NCBI GenBank assembly: GCA_964016885.1
Contig: OZ024744.1
Location: 67,456,001-67,520,000, forward strand
Source of the DNA: Eledone cirrhosa
Lineage: Eukaryota
DNA: 64,000 bases
Direction of reading: 5' to 3'
The notes beneath the pieces were generated by a model. The model worked only from the letters and a program-made list of their open reading frames with translations. It had not been told where the DNA came from and made no database searches. The number at the start of each line of letters is the position of its first letter. Within the stretch, counting starts at the first letter, position 1. Positions 16,145 through 28,819 of the stretch are shown here, one piece after another. Made by a program: the position numbers and the translations under genes.

Positions 16145-16380
16145 TCAACATCATCATTTTCATCATCATCATTACCACCATTATTATCATCATAATCACA
16201 ACCACCGTCATCATCATCATCATCATCATCATCATATTCAACATCATTATCACCACCACTACCACCATCGTCATCATCATCATCATCATCTCCATCATCA
16301 TCATTATAATTATCATCAACATGATTATCGTCATCATCATCGTTGTTTAATGTCCATTTTCCATGCTTGCATGGGTTAGA
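15888..16380 (-). repeat. Expanded imperfect (CAT)n tract, the tail of an RTE-related element 3' end
   Basis: Tract abuts tttaatgtccattttccatgcttgcatggg, the reverse complement of an RTE-like 3' terminus (compare 51135-51195). Confidence 0.75.
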
Positions 16381-16589
16381 TACTTCATAGCTTTACGAGA
16401 CAATTCATCAGGTCAGGAGACCACGCCTTGCTCATACAGATCTGTATCATCATCATCACCATCATTTAACCTCCATTTTCCATGCTAACATGGGTAGGAC
16501 AGGCTGTCCCTTTGTGAGAGATCTGGTCAGAGGACCATGTTTCGCTCACGTAGCTTGGGTTCTACGGCTGGATGCCCTTCCTAACACCA

Positions 16590-16955
16590 ACCACATTTAC
16601 AGTGTGGACTGGGTGCTTTTTGTCGTGACAGCTACATGACCACTTTACAGTGTGTGCTGGGTGTTTTTTGTCGTGACAGCTACACAACCACTTTATAGAG
16701 TGTGCTGGGTCTTTTTTGTCGTGACAGCTACATGACCACTTTACAGTGTGGACAAGGTACTTTTTGTTGAGACACCTACACGACCACTTTATAGAGTGGG
16801 CTGGGTGCTTTTTGTTGTGAAACCTACATAACCACTTTACAGTGTGGACAGGGTGATTTTTGTCATGACACCTACATAACTACTTTACAGTGTGGGCTGA
16901 GTGTTTTTTGTCGTGACACCTACACGACCACTTTATATTGTGGGCTGGGTGCTTC
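16590..16955. repeat. Minisatellite, ~48-bp unit, ~8 copies
   Basis: ccactttacagtgtgggctgggtgcttttttgtcgtgacacctacacga repeated at 16640, 16688, 16736, 16784... Confidence 0.9.
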
Positions 16956-18299
16956 TTACCGTGTCGCCATCAGGTATCTGGTTTAGAATAGGTATCATTA
17001 CTGCATGTCGTGGGAGGTGACTAAATATGTTGGCACCAGGAAGTGTATTCAGCCCTAAAACATTGTCACAAAAAGGATCCCATGATGAGTTTGATTACAC
17101 TTGACATGAGTGGGTCCACATGGTTAACCCCTGCTTTAGGGTGAGAAATGGACTTAAATGATTTTGAAACCAACCCACCCAAAGCCATCCATATCTGCTT
17201 TTATGAAACAAAACAACCCATTTTAAATGTTTCCTACTTTAGCATGCTGAATTTTTTAATGAATTGCTTCCCTTGTCACTGCATTATGTATTAAGGAGAG
17301 ATTACTCTATTGGGGACATAAGGCACTGAAGGTTAAATTAAAATGATCCAATATTATTTCTAAATGAGAGCATTTTGTCATGTTATGAATTCTTTATTAA
17401 TTAATTCAAATACAAACAATCTCATTAGAAATACAGCAGTGAAAGGGTTAAATGCTCGTTGCTGTTGTTAAACTCTGGGTATAAATCTAACTGGTATTAA
17501 AAAAATATTTTTATACTTCTGAAATCAATAGAATCAGTAGCAATCTTTTGATTTAATCAACTTGTATATTTACATTATTTCAATATTAGCTAATTATGAA
17601 ACATTGGTTTGTCAATTCAGTACAAAGACCTACATTTTGTTTTTGTTTAATGCTTTAGCATTTAAACCAGCCATATCCAGCCATATTCTTTTACCTCTTT
17701 CTGTTCAAACTGTCTATAACTGGCTGCTCATATTGATGTTAAGGTATTGTTCTCAAAATAAATAATATCAAAAATCATAGATTCGATACTATGTGAGATA
17801 AATATGTGAGGTAAAGCCTTTAACACAAAAATACAAAAGTATATACAGAATAATGTAAATACCCTAAGTCAGCACCAATCAAGAAAAGCAAGAATCAAAA
17901 GTGAGGCAGTTCAGCTATGGCTATCCCAAATTTTGTCAGGCATAGTCATCATCATCATCATCATCATCATCACCGTTTTACATCCATTCTTCCATGCTAG
18001 CATGGGTTAGACGGGTTGTCCTGTTGTGGGCAGTGTCTGGTCGGCTGACCATGCCTTGCTCATACAGTAACTGATTTTGGCTTGGTTTCTACAGCTGGAT
18101 GCCCTTCCTAACACCAACCTCATTTACAGTAAGTGCTGGGTGCTTTTTTCTGTGGCGCTTACACGTCCACTTTACAGTGTGGGCTGGGTGCTTTTTTGCT
18201 GTGGCACCTCCACGACCACTTTGCAGTGGGAGGGTGTGGGGGTATATTGTCTATATGCTTCAGCTTGTACCCATGGGAGGTCGGGTACTCTGTATTACT

Positions 18300-18665
18300 G
18301 CGTGACGCCAGAGGTCACAGTCGTGTGTCATCGAAGGTCGGCCCCTGTCACCTCATCCCAGGTCTTCTTGGGTCTCCCCACTCCGCGGTCTCCATTGACT
18401 TCTAGTGCTCTGCACCTTTTTATCCAGCTGTCATCCTTCATACGCATCACATGTCCATACCAACGCATCCGCCTCTCCTGCACACAGCATTTGATTCCTC
18501 TGATGCTCAGTCTCTCTCTCAATTCATTTATGCTTTATATTACTATTAGACCTCCATCGGAGCATGCAAGCTTCGTTTCTTTCTAATCTACGTAAATCTT
18601 CCACCTTCAGCGCCCAGGTCTCACTACCATGTAACATTGCTGTTCGTATACACGCATAGTATATC
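18300..18665 (-). mobile_element. RTE LINE 3' fragment
   Basis: LSIRGIKCCVQERRMRWYGHVMRMKDDSWIKRC...GRPKKTW. Confidence 0.85.
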
Positions 18666-18714
18666 TAAAATTTCACTATCTAAGTTATACTGTTTTACCT
18701 GTTACATCTGACTG

Positions 18715-19195
18715 GATGAGGCCATGCTGGGACACTGCATTGTACATTTTTGTTTTTTTTTAAAGATGGTAGTGAGATATGGATAGTGAATGCAAAGGCC
18801 ATGTGGAAGCTGGAGTGAAAAGAGGCAAGCATGCTTTGGTTAATGTACAATGTTAATGTGCAAGAAAGACAAAGGATGGATGAACTGAACAAGAAACTGG
18901 GTATAAGAGGAATCTGTAGTAGTGTGCATGAGAGAAGACTGCATGATTATGGACATGTGATGTGCATGGATGATGGACGCTGGGTGAAGAAGTGCTAAAT
19001 AATCCCAGTGGAAGGTAGTCACCATAGAGACCTAGGAAGGCCTGAATGGAAGTGATGAGAGCTGATCTCAGATCGTTGAAGCTCACGGACGAGATGACAA
19101 AGAAATGCAGCTAGTGGAAAGATGCTGTACTGAGAAGGGCCTGTCCAACCATGCAAGCATAGAACAACAGATGCAAAATGATGATGATGATGATG
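18715..19195 (+). mobile_element. RTE LINE 3' fragment, decayed
   Basis: Similar to 50760-51195; (GAT)n tail. Confidence 0.75.
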
Positions 19196-19749
19196 AATGT
19201 GTGATTTTTAGGGAAATGTCTTACTGGTGTTTCTAGGAGGTCAATGACCATACAGACCCTACATTTTTTTGTGGGAGGAGTTTAGCTTAATTTGATCAAT
19301 TTCCAGTATTTGAATAGTAGCTTGATTCTACTGGTTTGTGAAGAATGAAATACAGAGTTGACCACAAGAGGATTTGAACTAAGAATGTAAAACAACATAA
19401 CAAAATTCCATAAGGCATTTAGTCTAACACTTTTCAAACATTTTTGTCACAAACCCTCATTTCCTTCTGAAATATTAAAATATTCTGTGATAACTGAAGG
19501 AGTTAATATTCTCACTGAACTATTTGAAATGTGATTATATATATATGTGTGTATATATATATATAGAGAGAGAGAGAGAAAGATATATAGATATATAGAT
19601 ATATATACATATATGTATATATACTTGTATATTTACACATATATGCATATATATAAATACATATATACACATATACACACACACATTATCTATCTATATA
19701 TCTTTATATAGCTCTCTCTCTCTCTCTTTCTTTCTTTCTCTCTCTTCCC

Positions 19750-19854
<105 letters not shown>

Positions 19855-20242
19855 TAGATTTCTAGATAGATAGATAGATAGATAGATACATAGTTAGTTG
19901 CTTAACGGTTGCAGTTTTCATGGATATCGTTGGATATCGTTGGATAAATGTCAGCTTCCTGATTAAGATTATGGAATTCGATTGATCAAAAGGAATGACT
20001 AAGGATAGTCACGGTGAGGTGGCTCCAGTTTCCATGGATTTAGAAAGAATGAGAGGGCATGACAATATTGTTGTGCATATCTAGTCATTAGGAAAGGAAA
20101 TATCCTTGATAAGGTTCCAAAATTGAAACCATTACTGTTTATGTCTTGATATTGGAATATTTTGAAGTTGGAAAATGAACTAATCATCTATATAAGAGTT
20201 ACGATGTATGAAATGCTACCATTGAAGAATAAAAGATATTAT

Positions 20243-20274
<32 letters not shown>

Positions 20275-20684
20275 AGTTTTTGGCAGGGAAATGTGTTTGT
20301 ATATATTTATATTTATTGAATGTTAAATGAATTTATCAGCTCATGTGTCTTAAGTTCAACTTTCACTCATATTATGTTGATGTGTCTCAGGGGTAGGACA
20401 CATAATTTTAATAGTTTTAACGCTCCTAGCAGGCCAGTAGTAGGAACATAACCAGATCTTTGGGGAGAGTCAGCTGTGATAGACTGGCTTTCTATCAAAG
20501 TAGAGCAATAAACTGCTATCTGTTTAATTTGATGAAATTGCATCTTATGATCTATTCAAATCCCTGGAGAAAATTTTAAAGAATTTATCTTTAAAGAAAA
20601 GCAATGCTAGTAAGAGTTGATATTTGTTAATATTATTCCTCCTCCTCCCTCAACACATATTTGTATATATACATATATATATGT

Positions 20685-21950
20685 ATCATCATCATCATTA
20701 TCATCATCATTTTACGTCCGCTTTTCCCTGCTTGTAAGGGTGGGATGGGTCCTATTCAGCACAGCATATCTCCACTCTCCACTTGTCACAGTCCTTCGTC
20801 ATCTCCTCCGTGAGCTTCAGTAATCTGAGGTCTGCTCTCACCACCACTGCCCATGTTTTTTGTGGTCTTCCTTCTACTGGCATTTCTTGGCACTTCTTTA
20901 CCAAGTAGTCATCCTCCATGCGCATCACAAGTCCATACCATCACAGTCTTCTCTCCCGCACGGTACAACTTATCCCTCTTATACACAGTTTCTCTCTCAA
21001 TTCATCTATGCTTGGTCATTCACGCACATTGACATTACACATCCAACAGGGCATGCTTGCTTCCTTTCTCTCCAGTCGTCACATATCTTCTGCAGTTGCT
21101 GCACATCTCACACACGCATCATATAACCAGCCTTTCATATGCAGGGAGAAACCCTTCTTTGTCAACAGAGGAAGCAGCTCCCTAAACTTCTTCCAACCCG
21201 CCCTTATTCTAGATACTATGGCCTCAGAACACCTAGGTACCGGAAGCTATCAACCACTTCTGTAGAACCTACCTGCATTTGAAAAATGTGTCTATCACTG
21301 CGACTCCTATTGTCAAATTTCCCTGTACATATACTGCATACGTAGTTTTCCCTACCTGTTAGTTTGACTGCTATCCCACTACATCTCTTGTGTACCCAAG
21401 ATCTGCATTGTGTACATTTTATAGAGTTTATGCCAGTTCCTTTTCTGCCGGAATCAGATTGTTGTCCTCTTTTCTACTTATAAACACTTTTGTCTTAGCT
21501 AGGTTCACTCTCAGTCCTCTTGATTCCAACTGCTGTTTCCATAGCCAGAATTTATTCTTTAGCTCCTCTACTGATTCTGATATAAGAACCAGATCGTCAG
21601 TATAGAGAAGTTCCCATGGACAGCCAGTCTTAAACTTCTCTGTTATGGCTTGGAGGACTATAATGAACAAGAGCGGGCTGAGGACCGAACCGTGATGTAC
21701 TCCTACTTGTATCTGGAATTCCTCACTAAAATCCATTCCTACCCTCACTTTACTGACAGCACCTCTGTACATAGCTTGCACTGTCCTCACAAGCCATTCC
21801 TCAACACCTAGTTTCCTTAGGGACCACCAGATGATAGATAGGGGTACCCTATCAAAGGCCTTCTCTAGGTTAACAAAAGCTAAGTATAGTGGCTTATTCT
21901 TCTCTAAGAACCTCTCTTGTAGTTGTCTCATTAAGAAGAGGGCATCTGTT
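20685..21950 (-). mobile_element. RTE LINE fragment (RT and 3' end), same family as 47880-51195
   Basis: [37 protein letters not shown]...GCPWELLYTDDLVL; truncated at a (TA)n tract. Confidence 0.92.
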
Positions 21951-21966
21951 GTATATATATATAAGC

Positions 21967-21998
<32 letters not shown>

Positions 21999-22001
21999 GT
22001 A

Positions 22002-22090
<89 letters not shown>

Positions 22091-22164
22091 GTAATAATAA
22101 TAAAATTGAAGACTAAAATCCAAAGAGGGCTCGATAATGAGCACTCTACTGACTTATATTCATC

Positions 22165-24278
22165 ATGCAGAAACAACATCTGAATATTTTTAAAAAGAAC
22201 ATACCCGTACCAAGCAGGAAAACATACTTAAAACTCCTGATACAGAAAACAGACGCGTTCATTAAAAGGTTGCGTGGCGTGCCTTTTATTTCGATAATCC
22301 GCGAAAAGCAGACAACAAACAGGATAAATTTGGATTTAAAACCTATAATAACCCTCCGTGGAACCCAGCATTGCTACCCTTCGAAAATGATGTCTTGGAA
22401 CTCATTCGGAATATCAAATTTCGGAATAGGAGCAATTCCTTCCAGCAAGACCTGAAGAATAGAATTCGTTCTATTAAGGATTCTAACGCCGTGCACGTCC
22501 ATTCCGACAAAACTGGCAACCTATATCAAGTGGAGCGCAGTACTTACCATCAACTACTACATAATGCTGTAACTAAGGATTACCGTAAAACTAATCGGTG
22601 CGTCATCAATGAACTCAACGATGCTGGGTTTAAAATCACATCTGATCTCAACATCCTGGACCGGACCGAACCTCTGGACCCTATCTCTCCCCACTTTACC
22701 CTGAAGGATCACAAATCCAATTTTCCGAACAACCCCTCTATTCGGCTTATTAACCCTACGAAGTCCGATTTAGGTAGACTTAGTAAAACGATTCTTGATA
22801 GAATTATACCTGAAATTAGAAGTTTGGCCCCTCTCGCACTGTGGAACAATTCTTTCGCGGTGATTGATTGGTTCAACGGCATATGTAACAAGGAACATTG
22901 CCGTTTTATCCAATTCGACATCAACAATTACTACTCCTCCATCACTTTACGACTTCTCCTTAGAGCTATCAATTTCGCTAAAACACTCACAGTGGTTAAG
23001 GATTTTGAAGTTGATGTCATCCTTAATGCCCGAAAGTCGGTGATTAATTTCGACGATTCTATTTGGATTAAAAAATCCAATAGTACCCCATTCGACGTGA
23101 GTATGGGCGCCAGTGACTCTGCGGATGTTACTGATCTTATTGGCCTTTTCCTTCTTTTCTCTATCAAGGACGAATTCCCCAACGCGGGCGGTGGTTTGTA
23201 CCGTGACGATGGTATTTTGACCATGATTAAGTGCGGACCTCGTGCTTGCGACAGGTTCAGAAAAGAACTCACAGCCTTCTTTAAAGGCTTCAACCTCTCT
23301 ATACAGGTTGAGGCCAATCTCTCGGTCGTTAATTACCTCGACGTTACCCTCAATTTATTGAATGGGTTGTATTACCCGTATAGAAAGCCGAATGATACGC
23401 TTAATTACATAAGTAAGCATTCCAACCATCCTGCCAGCATAACCAAGAACCTGGTAAGAAACGTTTCGTTGAGGCTTTCCCGTCTTTCCACCAACGAGCG
23501 CATTTTCAACGACCATTCCACTTATTACAATGAAGCTCTTGCTCGAAGTGGATTTGTCGATAAGGTAGCATATACTGAGTACGAAAATAGACCTAGAAGA
23601 AATAGATCCCGTCGCATTTGTTGGTTTAACCCACCATATAATATGGAGGTGGCCACACCATTAGCTAAGATCTTTCTTTCCCTTATTACGAAGCATTTTC
23701 CCCCTACACATAAATATAGTAAAATTTTTAATAGAAATACTATTAAAATTTCTTACTCTACGACTCCTAACCTTGCACATAACATCACAGCTTCAAATTT
23801 AGCTAAACTACCTAGCCGTAGGAACACGTGTAACCCTGTAGTTAGTACTAACTGTAATTGTAGGAATCGGGCTGATTGCCCCCTATCCGGGAAATGCCTC
23901 TCTAGTAACATTGTCTACAAATGTAAGGTTGTAACACCCACGTCCCGTAGGGCCTATATAGGATTAACTGCCAATAGTTTCAAGCAGCGTCTTTACATGC
24001 ATACTCATTCTTTTCGTTATCCTCTTAGAAGGAATATGACGTCACTTTCAGCTTATATCTGGAGTTTAAAAGACAACCACACCCAATATAAGTTACACTG
24101 GGAGATCCTAGCTAGGGCTAGATCGTATAACGGAAATAAAAGACCATGTGACCTCTGCGCCGCTGGAAATACTCTACGCCACAGACCACATCTTAAACAA
24201 AAAATCTGAGGCAATTTCAGCTTGTAAACATAAATTGCACAAAACTTTCCTGTATTACAGCCCCACGTTATACCCTAA
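22165..24278 (+). CDS. PLE polyprotein: reverse transcriptase and GIY-YIG endonuclease (612 uninterrupted codons; frameshifts near 22274 and ~24165)
   Basis: [75 protein letters not shown]...AYIGLT, CDLC; the DKT motif and CxCx5C linker fit the Naiad clade as I recall its description. Confidence 0.9.
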
Positions 24279-24866
24279 CGGATAGCACGATCTATACGTG
24301 GATATTTTACGTCTTGATGTGGGAGCTAAGTATATGTTTGTTTATTCCTTTACTTATTTGCATAGGTAAGTATATATTACCCGTATGTTTTGTGAAGGTA
24401 TGTATACCTTCTATTACGTATATTTGACTGTTATGGCGTATAATTTTTACATATTCTGGTATTTAGGGTTTGGCTATGTGTATACGGGAGTTTTGCGTCT
24501 GCGTGAGTATGCAGGTTCGTACGTATGGTGGGTGTGTGTATATGTGTACTTCTTGTTTTAGTTGACTTACGTCTCCGAACATTCGTGTATTTATATGTAG
24601 GTATGCGCGTGCGCTTGTTATATACGTATTTATTTACTTATATACGTTTATATAATTATTTATTTATTTGTACACAAGCATACACACACACACATATTTA
24701 TATGTGCGTGGTTTTGTATACCTATGGTAAGGTTTTGCGTATGCTTGTGTATGTACGTATCTGTTTGCGCGTATGTATTTATTTGTTTCTATTACTTCTG
24801 TATTGTATTTATCTACTTTGTTCTTAACTCTGTAGCGGAGATTAATTTGGTCTCCTAGTTAGAATT

Positions 24867-25122
24867 TTAGTCTACGACTTCTGCTAACCATTTACGTGAT
24901 TTTGTCTTTGCGTGCTATTGTTCTCCACGCTCCACATTTGACTTATTATCTTCGTTTTTTCGTTCATTGCCAGAGAACGTCTCTATGCACCACCTAAGAG
25001 AACATTAGTCTACGACCTCTTTTATACCATAAACGTGGTTCTGTCTTTGCGCGTAATTGTTTTTCACCGCTCCTATTAATGACGTATTATTCGTTTTTTC
25101 CCGTTCTTTGCCAGAGAACGTT
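24867..25122 (+). repeat. Diverged ~138-bp direct duplication in the PLE 3' UTR
   Basis: ttagtctacgac...tgccagagaacgt at ~24867 and ~25005. Confidence 0.8.
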
Positions 25123-25195
25123 ACCACGAACCAAAGTATCGTCTTCCTGTCTTCCTCCGGTTGCAACGCTTTTTGAAATATCCAGTTCTGCGTTT

Positions 25196-25271
25196 ACAGA
25201 TTGACTTTGTTAGTTTCAGAAGATCCCGTTAAGGGTGAAAGCAGCGATTCTTTGCTTAAACTTTAATCTGT
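25196..25271 (+). ncRNA. Atypical hammerhead-like fold (CAGAAGA core) at the PLE 3' end
   Basis: agttt CAGAAGA tccc-gttaa-gggt GAAA gcag...ttgcT T aaact; stem I extended by acagattga/ttaatctgt. Confidence 0.5.
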
Positions 25272-25278
25272 TATTTTA

Positions 25279-25351
<73 letters not shown>

Positions 25352-25374
25352 TATATATATGTGCTTATGTATTA

Positions 25375-27600
25375 ACAGCCTGACATATTCATACATTACC
25401 AGTGGTCTCTCGGGTGCAAACATATCTAACTCATCAGATACACTCTGAAGAAGTAACAGAAGACAATGATAACATTTGTCAAGAATGATATAAAGGGCTT
25501 CAATTAGTCGGTCCTGGTCACATGGTAGTGTTGAATATTATAAAAGGCCACAATTGGTTGATCCTGGTCACATAGTAGTGTTGAGTGTTATAAAAGGGCT
25601 TCAATTGGTTGGTCCAGGTCACATGGTGGTGTTAAGTGTTATAAATGGCCTCAATGAGTTGATCCTGATCACATGGTGGTCTTGAATGGTATAAAGGGCT
25701 TCAATTGGTTAGTTCAGGTCACATGGTGGTGTTGAGTCTTATAAAGGGCCACAATTGATTGTTTCTGATCACATGGTAATGTTGAATCTATATATAAATT
25801 TGAGCAACTTCCATCCTCCGTTCATCCGTCACACAATGTATATATAGGGGTGATGACATTATGCACCAGAGATGACTGAAGAAGGAAGGGGTGTTGATGT
25901 CATGCACTAAAGATAACTGAGGAAGGAAGGGGTGATGACGTCATACACTAGAGATGACTGATGTGTCTGTAAGTGTGTATTTTTCCAAGTGTGTTTGTGT
26001 TTGTGCATTTACATTTATATAATTATACATATAAATGTATGCATATGCACATGCATACACATATGCGTTAGTGTGTTGAAAAAAAAGATTCTAGTGTTAT
26101 AAAAGGTTATTTCTGGTCACATGGTAGTGTTGAAAGGTCAGCAACATCAAATTTTCTCAGTTGTTAGCCACTTGGAAAGCTATGCAGCTTGATGATTCCA
26201 GTTACTGTGAGGAGCAGATCAGTGGTGAGGTAATAACATCATATCTAATGATGCTGTGGGATTTATGCAGGCATACATTTGGTATACGTGTTTGTACTGG
26301 TTTGAAGGTGAGGGCTGTCCACCAGCACATGGACATGTGTTATGTGGAGCTAAGTTGGTCTTTGCCACTAGCTTGAAATGTGTTAACAGGGCATTTCTCT
26401 GGTAGTAGTCTTCCTGATAATGGGTATCATGAGTTGTTGTTGCAACACCTGCAGCCTCTTGCAGAGGAAAAGTTGGTTATTGTGAGTTCTGGGGGAGTAG
26501 GAAGTGCCCTGTTAAACATGCTTCATATAATGGGAGGAATATTATTCCCTTGGACTTGGAGCCTTCAGATGTAATAAGACAGGGAGGTGTAATTTTTCCT
26601 GTTACTGCACCTGAAGGAGTTCATATGCTGAGTGAATCAGTAATTGAAATTGATGATTTCTATGACTGTCTGGTTCCTCGGGATAACATCTGAGGACATG
26701 AGGTTGGCTCTGTAGAGGATCCTTCTAGAAAATAATTTGTGGGTTTTCATCAGTTGTAAACTGATGCATGGAGTGGAGTCTGTGCAGATGCATGTTTTCT
26801 TCTGTTGAAACTAATACTCTCTAGATAGGAATAGTCAACCTTAATGTTATGAGAGTTGAAGAGCTTATGATACTTATCGTTGTTTTGGAAGTGTCTTTTA
26901 ATTAGGGTCATGAAGTTCCTATCTATATTAGGGGAGATGTTTAGATTGAATAGGGGATTAAACCAAGTTATGTTTCTCTTTCTAACTTCTTTTGTGATGA
27001 GACCAGGATCATTTCTTTAGATTGAATTTTTGTTAAAACATTTTCTTTCTAGTACCTCATTTGGAATGGGAGTACAACCAGAGGTGTAACTAGGGTATGG
27101 CAAGCATGGCAGTACCATGAGCACCACTTAAAATAGGCACCACTTGGACTTTATGGTTAACTGAAAGATGGATGTCAGATGTTTGGGCTGCAGCACAATT
27201 TCACTTCTTGCCATAGGTACTATTTTCCCTAGTTACACCTATTTTCCCTGCAGCTATGTTGAAGATATATTTGTCAGATGATAACCTAGAGATTTTTCTG
27301 CTAATTCTATTCACTAGCTCCCTAACAACAGCTAAGGAATAATTGGAGTTCCTATGTATGTTCACTGTTTCCCCATTAGGCTTCTTATACTGGTAGTACT
27401 TACCTGTTTTGAGGTCTAGAGTGATGTCCAGAAAGTTGACTTTAGTTAAGCTAGTAAACTATGATATTTAAACCAAACTTGTTGAAGATCTTTATATGGT
27501 CTTTTTGGAACTTGTCCATAGTGTGGCCACTCATATTGCTTGAAATTGCCAAGACATCATCGCTTTACAGGGCCAGGAAGTCGCTATTGTTTCATAACAA
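25375..27600 (-). mobile_element. Highly decayed second Naiad-type PLE, tail-to-tail with the 22-25 kb element
   Basis: Minus-strand VNFLDIT (~27420-27440) and RNITWFNP (~26950-26976); ~54-bp tandem repeats at 25490-25790 in its 3' region; decayed hammerhead at 25391-25443. Confidence 0.7.
27082..27240. mobile_element. MITE with 14-bp terminal inverted repeats
   Basis: aggtgtaactaggg / ccctagttacacct. Confidence 0.7.
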
Positions 27601-28819
27601 CCTTCACTGAGGGAAACAAGAAGTGAACCCACATATCCATGGAGGCTAAAATGGGACTGAGGTCACTAACTTTGTTGATTTATTTGTACTGGGTATGCTA
27701 AACAATGGACAACCCCCCACATTTCTGCCTTTTGCATATATACATACATGCATGTATACATCCATCTATCCATACATATCATCATCATCCTTTAACATCA
27801 GCTCTCCCTGCTAAGAAGAGTTTGAGGAGTCTTCACAGACCAAGTCAATACTGAATCAGGGCAACTGACCTCTCAGTCAAGCTGATAGCATATCTCTTAC
27901 ATACATCCCCATGAGTGCATTTTATTGTGACACCAGCAATATGGAGGTTGTCATGTTTTGACACAAGTGAAGGGGCCTCCCAACCCTTTGTTTGGCAAGC
28001 TTTCTATGGATGGATGCCATTCCTATTACCAACCATTTTTCAGCATGTACTGGGTGCATTTATTGTGTTGCCCACCATCACTAGAGATGATGTCATACCA
28101 TTAATACAAGTGAAGAGTCCTATCAACCTATTTGGCATGGTTTCAACAACAGGAAGCCCTTCCTATCACTAATCACCTTATAGGGTGTATTGGGTGTGTT
28201 TTTGTGGTACCAGTAGAAAGATTGTCAGTTATTATCCTAACTGAAAAACCCTCCCTACTCTTCATAGGTTGAGGGAGGAAAGGGAAAAGGAGATAAGCAT
28301 AAAGTAATGGATGTATGGTGGTGTGTGATTTGACAAGGTGATGAGAAGGGGACAGCCGTCACTCTTGAACCAGCATAAACATGTAGTGTAGGGGATGGAG
28401 TAATGGTGAGAATACCTATGCAGTGGTAGTGGTGAAGACATGGTCAGCAGTATGTAGAGGGAGCAGTGTAGTGATGGGGAGAATAGTTAAGAAGTGGTAG
28501 CGGAGAGGGCATTGGCAGAGTGGGATGCACCAGTGTGGCGGATGGAGCTACTAGGTTGAGATATAGAGGGTATCTAAGGACTTTGGAGGGGAGAAACAGC
28601 TGAACAGTGACAGTGGAGGGTTGTGGAGTGGACAGAGTGGAGATAGTTGCTACTAGGGTGAAATAGAGAGGGTATCTAAGGACTTTAGAGTGTGAGGAGG
28701 AGGAATAGGTAAAAAGTGATACTGGGGTCATGGGCATGAATGGGGTGAGGGTGTGCAGTGATATATATAATATATATATATATAATATATATATATATAA
28801 TATATACATATAATATATA

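Larger units (their letters stand above)
22090..25283 (+). mobile_element. Penelope-like retroelement, Naiad type, near full length with long 3' UTR/pseudo-LTR
   Basis: RT plus C-terminal GIY-YIG ORF; flanked on both sides by (TA)n. Confidence 0.92.

Noticed and set aside
15840-16379. His-rich, Met/Val-rich and YI-repeat ORFs here and at 32.0, 41.2 kb and in (TA)n tracts
   Set aside because: They are translations of microsatellites
22371-24209. Selenoprotein-type Naiad with SECIS
   Set aside because: No in-frame TGA inside the ORF; conserved Cys positions use TGT/TGC
25444-25487. Plus-strand CTGAAGA...GATAA...GTC as a hammerhead
   Set aside because: Stems I and II do not pair
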